Shown here piece by piece: positions 58,688 to 64,000 of a stretch of 64,000 bases of DNA. A program made the position numbers and the translations under genes. How positions within the stretch are numbered: the stretch's first letter is position 1; every line of letters begins with the position of its first letter. The DNA comes from an uncultured Candidatus Rokubacteria bacterium (lineage in GTDB: Bacteria > Methylomirabilota > Methylomirabilia > Rokubacteriales > CSP1-6): positions 192,001-256,000 of the forward strand of contig CAVWFS010000001.1 in NCBI GenBank assembly GCA_963754315.1, read 5' to 3'. The notes beneath the pieces are model-generated. The model did no database searches. It was not told where the DNA came from and saw only the letters and a list, made by a program, of their open reading frames with translations.

Positions 58688-59902
58688 ATGATGATTCGCT
58701 TGAACCGGACCTGCCGGCTGGCCGTGCCTCTCGCCAGCCTCCTCCTTCTCGCCTTCGTGGCTTCCACGGGGGCGGCTCCCGCCGGGCCGCCAATCCGGAT
58801 CGGGAGCACCTTGGCCCTCACGGGTCCGCTCGCCCAGACGGCGCTCCTGCACAAGATCGCCGGTGAGATCTACGTCGAGGAGCTGAACCGGGGTCAGGGC
58901 CTGCTCGGCCGGCCCGTGGAATGGATCATCCTCGATGATCAATCCAAGCCAGATCTCACTCGCAGTCTCTACGAGAAGCTGATCACCGTCGACAAGGTCG
59001 ACCTGCTCATGGGCCCGTACGCCACCAGCGCGATCCTGGCTGCCATGGGGGTGGCCCAGCGTTACCAGAAGCTGCTGATCCACAACTCCTTCGGGATGCC
59101 GCATCTGGCGAAGTACGAGATGCACATCCCGGTAAACCCCTTCGGACCGGAGCCGAACCGCACCATTCCGGCCATGGTCTTCGATGGCCTCGCGACAACG
59201 TCCACCCCGCCCAAGACGGTGGCCGTGGTGACCAGCAAGTTTCCGTCGACCCAGTTCATCTCGGCGGGGGCACGCGACGTGGCTGCTCAGCGGGGCTTGA
59301 AGGTCGTGCTCTACCTCGAGTACGAGTTTGGGACCCGCGACTACGGGGCGATCGCTGCGCGCGTGAAGGACGCCAAGCCCGACTTTCTGTGGGTGGGTTC
59401 GCTCGGCCTTGACAGCAATCAGCTCCTCGAGGCGATGCGCAAGCTCGACTACATACCGCCGCGGCACCTGCACCTCTTCCCGGCCCCGGGGCCTCTGGCT
59501 ACCGCGCCCGATGGCAAGCTAGCGCTCTCGACCACGGACTTCGAGGAGCACCCCCCGTTCACCAACAACCCTTTGGCCACGCGTTGGGTAGCCCTGTTCA
59601 ACGAGCGCGCCACCAAGGCAGGTGTCCCCTACGCCAGGGTCGATGCGCAGGCCGCCAACGAGTTCGCGGCGTGGCAGGTGCTGGAGGCCGCGGTCAACGC
59701 CACCAAGAGCCTCGACGACAAGGCACTCGCCCAGTGGCTCCGCAAAAACAAGGTCGATACGATCATCGGCCCGCTGCGGTTCGACGGACCCAACAACTTT
59801 GGGGACGATCTCACCAAGCTCAAGCAGGTGCAGGAGGGCAAGTGGGTCGTGGTGTGGCCGAAGGAGTATGCCGCGCCCGGCGCGCGTCTGCTTCCGCCCT
59901 GA
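58688..59902 (+). CDS. Liv-type amino acid ABC substrate-binding protein
   Basis: Signal peptide; PIRIG..LALTGP, GLLGRPVE...DDQS, DKVDLL.GPY, VVWP. Confidence 0.9.
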   Translation: MMIRLNRTCRLAVPLASLLLLAFVASTGAAPAGPPIRIGSTLALTGPLAQTALLHKIAGEIYVEELNRGQGLLGRPVEWIILDDQSKPDLTRSLYEKLITVDKVDLLMGPYATSAILAAMGVAQRYQKLLIHNSFGMPHLAKYEMHIPVNPFGPEPNRTIPAMVFDGLATTSTPPKTVAVVTSKFPSTQFISAGARDVAAQRGLKVVLYLEYEFGTRDYGAIAARVKDAKPDFLWVGSLGLDSNQLLEAMRKLDYIPPRHLHLFPAPGPLATAPDGKLALSTTDFEEHPPFTNNPLATRWVALFNERATKAGVPYARVDAQAANEFAAWQVLEAAVNATKSLDDKALAQWLRKNKVDTIIGPLRFDGPNNFGDDLTKLKQVQEGKWVVVWPKEYAAPGARLLPP

Positions 59903-59918
59903 GCAAGGCGGCCGGCTC

Positions 59919-60770
59919 ATGCCGAGTCTGACCCTCCTCGGACAGTCGGTGATCTCAGGCTTGCTGGCGGGCGGACTCTATAGCCTGCTGGCGCTGGGCC
60001 TGAGCCTGAGCTGGGGTCTGCTGCGTCTGGTCAATCTCGGCCACTTCGCGCTTGCCTTCCTCGGCGCCTACCTCACCTACCACTTCGGCACCGTGCTGGG
60101 GCTCCACCCTGGGCTCTCCGTGCTCCTCATCGTGCCGCTCTTCTTCGCGCTCGGCGTGGGGCTGCACGCGATCTTCGTCCGCTTTGCTGTCACGGAGTTC
60201 ACGTCCTTGCTGGTGACGTTCGGGGTGACCGTCATCGTCGAGTCCATCATCCAGCTGGTGTGGACGGCCGATTTTCGTCGCTTCGAAACCCCGTACGCCA
60301 CTCTCTCCACCAAGGTCGGACCATTCTTCGTTCCCACCCTCGAGCTCTTGACGTGCCTGACGGCAGCCGCGCTGGCCTTTGCCACGTGGGCCTGGCTTCG
60401 TTTCACCTATGTGGGTAAGGCTCTGCGGGCGGCGGCCGAGGATCCAGCCATGGCGGCGGCCTTCGGCGTCAACCATCGCGCGCAGGCGTTCCTGTTGTCA
60501 GGCATCAGCGCGGCCTATGCTGGCGTGGCGGGCGGATATATCGCCCTCATCTCGACGTTGGCCCCCTCGCAGATCTGGGCGTGGCTCGGGGTCGTGTTCG
60601 CGGTCGTCATCATCGGAGGCCTCGCTCGCCCACTGGGGGCGCTCCTCGCGGGACTCCTCATCGGGGTCAGCGAATCGGTCACGATGGCCGTGGTCACGCC
60701 GGCGTGGGCCCCCCTCGTCTCCTTCTCGGTCCTCATCGGGCTTTTGGTTCTTCGCCCTGACAGAGCGTGA
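59919..60770 (+). CDS. Branched-chain amino acid ABC permease (LivH-like)
   Basis: GLLAGGLYSL.ALGLSL, VNLGH, GKALRA, FAVVIIGG. Confidence 0.9.
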   Translation: MPSLTLLGQSVISGLLAGGLYSLLALGLSLSWGLLRLVNLGHFALAFLGAYLTYHFGTVLGLHPGLSVLLIVPLFFALGVGLHAIFVRFAVTEFTSLLVTFGVTVIVESIIQLVWTADFRRFETPYATLSTKVGPFFVPTLELLTCLTAAALAFATWAWLRFTYVGKALRAAAEDPAMAAAFGVNHRAQAFLLSGISAAYAGVAGGYIALISTLAPSQIWAWLGVVFAVVIIGGLARPLGALLAGLLIGVSESVTMAVVTPAWAPLVSFSVLIGLLVLRPDRA

Positions 60771-62580
60771 GCGCCCGTGGCCGTTTGACCACTGCGGGCC
60801 TGCTGGCGGCGGGTCTTGCTCTCGCCGTGCTGCCGGGGGTGGGACTTCCGGCCTTCTACGAATCCTTCCTCTATCTCGTTTTCAGCTGGGTCGCCCTGGC
60901 CACGAGCTGGAGCATCCTGAGCGGCTACGCCGGCTACTTCAGCTTCGGTCATGGCGCGTTTTTCGGGGCGGGCATGTACACGACGGCGACCTTGGCCGCC
61001 GGCTATGGGCTGCCCTTTCTGTGGACACTGCCCGTTGCCGGAGTGGTGGCAGCGCTCCTCGCATGGGGGATCGGGGCGGTCGTGTTCCGGGTCAAGCGAC
61101 TCCGGGGCGAGCTGTTCGGGCTGCTGACTCTCGCGATCACGTTCGTGCTGGCCACCATCGTGCTCAACACGGCCATCGACGGTGGACCTGGCGTCTACCT
61201 GAGCGGAGTGCCGATGCCGAGGCTGGTGGGGTCGCCGACCGGGACGATCTACCTTCTTGGCCTCGGGCTGGCTGTGATGACCCTGGCGACCGCCTACGCC
61301 ATCACGCGCTCGCGTTTCGGCCTCGGTCTGTTCGCCATCCACGACGACGAGGACGTGGCTGAGGTCAAGGGCGTGCCGACGTTCCGGTACAAGCTGACGG
61401 CCTTCGTGATCTCGGCCGGCATTGCCGGGGTGGCGGGCGGCGTCCAGGCCATGTACGTCGGGTACGTCACCGTCGCCGAAACGTTCGCCATCACGGTCCC
61501 GCTCTATGTCGTGCTCATGAGCATCCTGGGCGGAGCGCGGCACTGGCTGGGTCCGGCGGTCGGGGCTGTCATTATCACCGCGTCCCTCTACGCCTTCACG
61601 GGCGGCGAGTCGGCGGTTCTGGGGCGTGCGGTGGTAGCCTTCGCCCTGGTCCTCGTCATCTTGCTCCTTCCCGACGGGGTGGTACCGTCAGTGCGAAGAC
61701 GGTGGCTCGCGTGGCGCGCGGGCGCCCATCACCTCGACCAGGAGACCTCATCTCCGCACCAGGCTCCGCTCCCCGTGACTTCTCGCGTCGCTGTGGCCTC
61801 TGCCGTTCCCTCTGCGACCTCGCACGTCGGCGAGACCCGGGGTCCGTCACGCCGCCACTGCTCGAGTGTCATGAGGTGTGGAAGGCCTTCGGAGGAATCC
61901 AGGCGCTGCGCGGAGTCAGCCTCACCATCGCGCCGGGCGAAATCGTCGGCCTCGTGGGCCCCAATGGCTCCGGCAAGACGACGCTCATCAACGTGATCAG
62001 CGGGCACTACGGGGCCGACCGAGGTCGGATCGACCTGGCCGATACGAGATTGTCGGTGCGGGCGGCCCACGAGATCGCGGGGCTCGGGGTGTCACGCACG
62101 TATCAGATCCCGCGCCCCTTCACTCACCTGACGGTGCTGGAGAACGTCGCTCTGGCCGCCACCTTCGGGCCTGGTCGGTGCTCGGCGCGCCAGGCCCAAG
62201 CCGACGCGCGGGAATGGCTGGCCTTCACCGGCCTCGAGAGACGGGCGGAGGCGCTCCCCGCTGCGTTGAACTTGCACGAGCGGAAGTTTCTCGAGCTAGC
62301 GCGGGCGCTCGCCGCCCGTCCGCGCGTGATCCTGCTCGATGAGGTGCTGTCGGGGCTGAACCCGACGGAGATTGCCAGCGCGATTCGCCTGATCCAGCAG
62401 ATCCGAGAGGGCGGCGCCACCATCCTCTTCGTCGAGCACGTGATGCGGGCCGTGCTCGAGCTGTCGAACCGGGTGGTCGTGCTGAACGAGGGTGAGGTGA
62501 TCGCCGCCGGGAGCCCGCACGAGGCCATGCGTGATCCCCACGTGATCCGTGTCTACCTCGGCAAGGCCCATGCTGCTTGA
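60767..62580 (+). CDS. LivM-like permease followed by (probably fused to) a LivG-like ATPase; frame break near 61840
   Basis: Permease (SWSILSGYAGYFSFGH, AIHDDEDVAE) in ORF 60767-61996; ATPase (GPNGSGKTT, RTYQ, LDE..SGLNP, VEHVM) in ORF 61702-62580 with no clear own start. Confidence 0.8.
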
Positions 62581-63286
62581 CGTCCGCCATCTGGCCATCG
62601 CCTACGGCGACGCTCCCGCGGTATGGGACGCGTCGCTTTCGGTCGACGAAGGGGAGATCGTCTCGGTAATCGGTCCCAACGGGGCAGGGAAGAGCACCTT
62701 GATCAACACGGTGGCGGGGCTCCTGCGCTGGCGAGCGGGCGAGCTGTCCTTGGCGGGGATAGACCTCGCTACCGTACCGTCCCACCTCGTATCGCGCCAT
62801 GGAATCGCGCTGGTTCCCGAGGGGCGTCGACTCTTCACCCGCATGTCGGTCGAGGAAAATCTGGACATCGGCTGCTATCGGGGGCAAGCCCGCCAGCGTC
62901 GCCGGCATACCCTCGAGCGCGTGTACGGCCTCTTTCCCATCCTGCGTGAGCGGCGACGGCAGCTGGCGGGATCGCTCTCGGGCGGCCAGCAGCAAATGGT
63001 CGCCATCGGCCGGGCGCTGATGGCGTGCCCGCGTCTGCTCCTGCTGGACGAGCCTTCGCTCGGATTGGCGCCGGCGGTGGTGGACCAGCTCTTCGACGTA
63101 ATTCGCGTGATCCATGGCGAAGGCGTCGCCGTGCTACTCGTCGAGCAGAACGTGGCCAAGGCCTTGGAGATCGCCGATCGTGCCTACGTGCTCGAGGAGG
63201 GCCGTATCGTGGCCGAGGGGCCGCCGGCGGCCCTGCTCGAGCAGTCGCACATCCAGGACGCCTACCTCGGCCTGCGCCAACCTTAG
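62570..63286 (+). CDS. ABC ATP-binding protein (LivF-like)
   Basis: GPNGAGKST, VPEGRRLF, LSGGQQQM.AIGRALM, LDEPSLGLAP. Confidence 0.93.
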   Translation: MLLDVRHLAIAYGDAPAVWDASLSVDEGEIVSVIGPNGAGKSTLINTVAGLLRWRAGELSLAGIDLATVPSHLVSRHGIALVPEGRRLFTRMSVEENLDIGCYRGQARQRRRHTLERVYGLFPILRERRRQLAGSLSGGQQQMVAIGRALMACPRLLLLDEPSLGLAPAVVDQLFDVIRVIHGEGVAVLLVEQNVAKALEIADRAYVLEEGRIVAEGPPAALLEQSHIQDAYLGLRQP

Positions 63287-63301
63287 GCACGTGTCACACT
63301 A

Positions 63302-63416
63302 CGGGGGGAGCCTTTCGAGGCCCCGGAATCGCGACGTGTGAACGAGGGGCGCCCCGGGTTCCCCGGGGCGCTCCGAGCGTAGGGGGGCTTGGGGGGCCCT
63401 TTCGAGGCCCCCCATC
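63302..63416 (-). repeat. Inverted dispersed copy (about 1.3 units) of the palindromic repeat
   Basis: The reverse complement of 63382-63416 (GATGGGGGGCCTCGAAAGGGCCCCCCAAGCCCCCC) is identical to 7584-7618 and continues with the CGCCCCGG..CCGGGGCG hairpin. Confidence 0.92.
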
Positions 63417-63436
63417 TCAAAAACGGAGGATCTTCG

Positions 63437-64000
63437 ATGGGGCAGTTTGGAATAGGACAAGCGGTGACGCGCTTCGAGGATCGGCGTCTGCTCCGGGGTG
63501 AGGGCCGGTTTCACCACGACGTGAATCTGCCGGGTCAGGCCTACGCCGTCATCGTACGGTCGGTGCACGCGCACGCCCAGATCCGCTCGATCAACTCAGC
63601 GGCCGCCCAGCGGGCGCCGGGTATCCTCGCCGTGCTCACGGGCGCCGACGTGGCCAAGGACGGTCTTGGCACCATGCAGATGACCTTGAAGCGCAAGCGT
63701 CCGGACGGAACGCCCATGTTCGCGTCGCCCCAGCGCGGGCTCACCCAGGATCGCGTCCGCTACGTCGGTGACCCGGTGGCCCTCGTCGTTGCCGAAACAC
63801 TGGCGCAGGCGGAGGACGCGGCCGAACTCGTCCGGATCGACTACGAGCCGTTGTCCTCGGTCACCTCCACGGCCGAGGCGATGGGGGGAGCGCCGGTGTG
63901 GGACGAGTGCCCCGACAATGTCTCCAACCTGTTCGAGGCTGGGGACAAGGCGGCCACGGAGGCGGCCTTCACCAAGGCTCACCGGGTGATCCGACGCCGC
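63437..64000 (+). CDS. Xanthine dehydrogenase/CoxL-family molybdopterin-binding subunit, N-terminal part (runs off window)
   Basis: Manual translation MGQFGIGQAVTRFEDRRLLRGEGRF..DVNLPG.AYA..VRS.HAHA.I...VRYVGDPVA.VVAET; RBS GGAGGA. Confidence 0.92.
   Translation, partial: MGQFGIGQAVTRFEDRRLLRGEGRFHHDVNLPGQAYAVIVRSVHAHAQIRSINSAAAQRAPGILAVLTGADVAKDGLGTMQMTLKRKRPDGTPMFASPQRGLTQDRVRYVGDPVALVVAETLAQAEDAAELVRIDYEPLSSVTSTAEAMGGAPVWDECPDNVSNLFEAGDKAATEAAFTKAHRVIRRR

Noticed and set aside
1..64000. tRNA, rRNA, integrase, transposase or prophage genes
   Set aside because: None recognised by eye; a tRNAscan/Infernal run would be needed to exclude small RNAs.

Overview
High-GC bacterial chromosomal window of about 60 genes, mostly catabolic, transport and redox functions. 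The gene content and the GC-rich palindromic repeat family are reminiscent of Candidatus Rokubacteria/Methylomirabilota, but this is an impression and not tested. Scattered single indels break otherwise intact genes and look like long-read errors. Main blocks: (1) a heme-c sensor class III nucleotide cyclase and housekeeping/beta-oxidation genes, with a 6-copy palindromic tandem repeat array; (2) a GntR(HutC)-headed catabolic operon with a perfect 18-bp operator palindrome (DUF1185, Mo-hydroxylase, opine dehydrogenase, two CoA ligases, acyl-CoA dehydrogenase); (3) the most notable locus, an IorAB-type periplasmic molybdoenzyme followed by flavocytochrome c and SoxX/SoxY-variant/SoxZ/SoxA, where SoxY ends in AACLEDGI instead of GGCGG and no soxB or soxCD is present in the window; (4) a decayed patch (DUF4242 remnant, PpiC-like orphan, broken VapBC); (5) DUF1116/FdrA genes divergent from a BMP-type nucleoside ABC transporter; (6) an ATP-grasp/alpha-E/transglutaminase trio; (7) ppc, an aldolase, a 19-aa Lys-rich micro-ORF, a tctA remnant, two Liv-type ABC systems, an LldD-like oxidase, an SDR and a TfdA-like dioxygenase, plus partial CoxL/XdhA-family genes at both edges. 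No rRNA, tRNA or CRISPR-Cas was recognised. All family assignments come from motif recognition by eye; no database searches were run.
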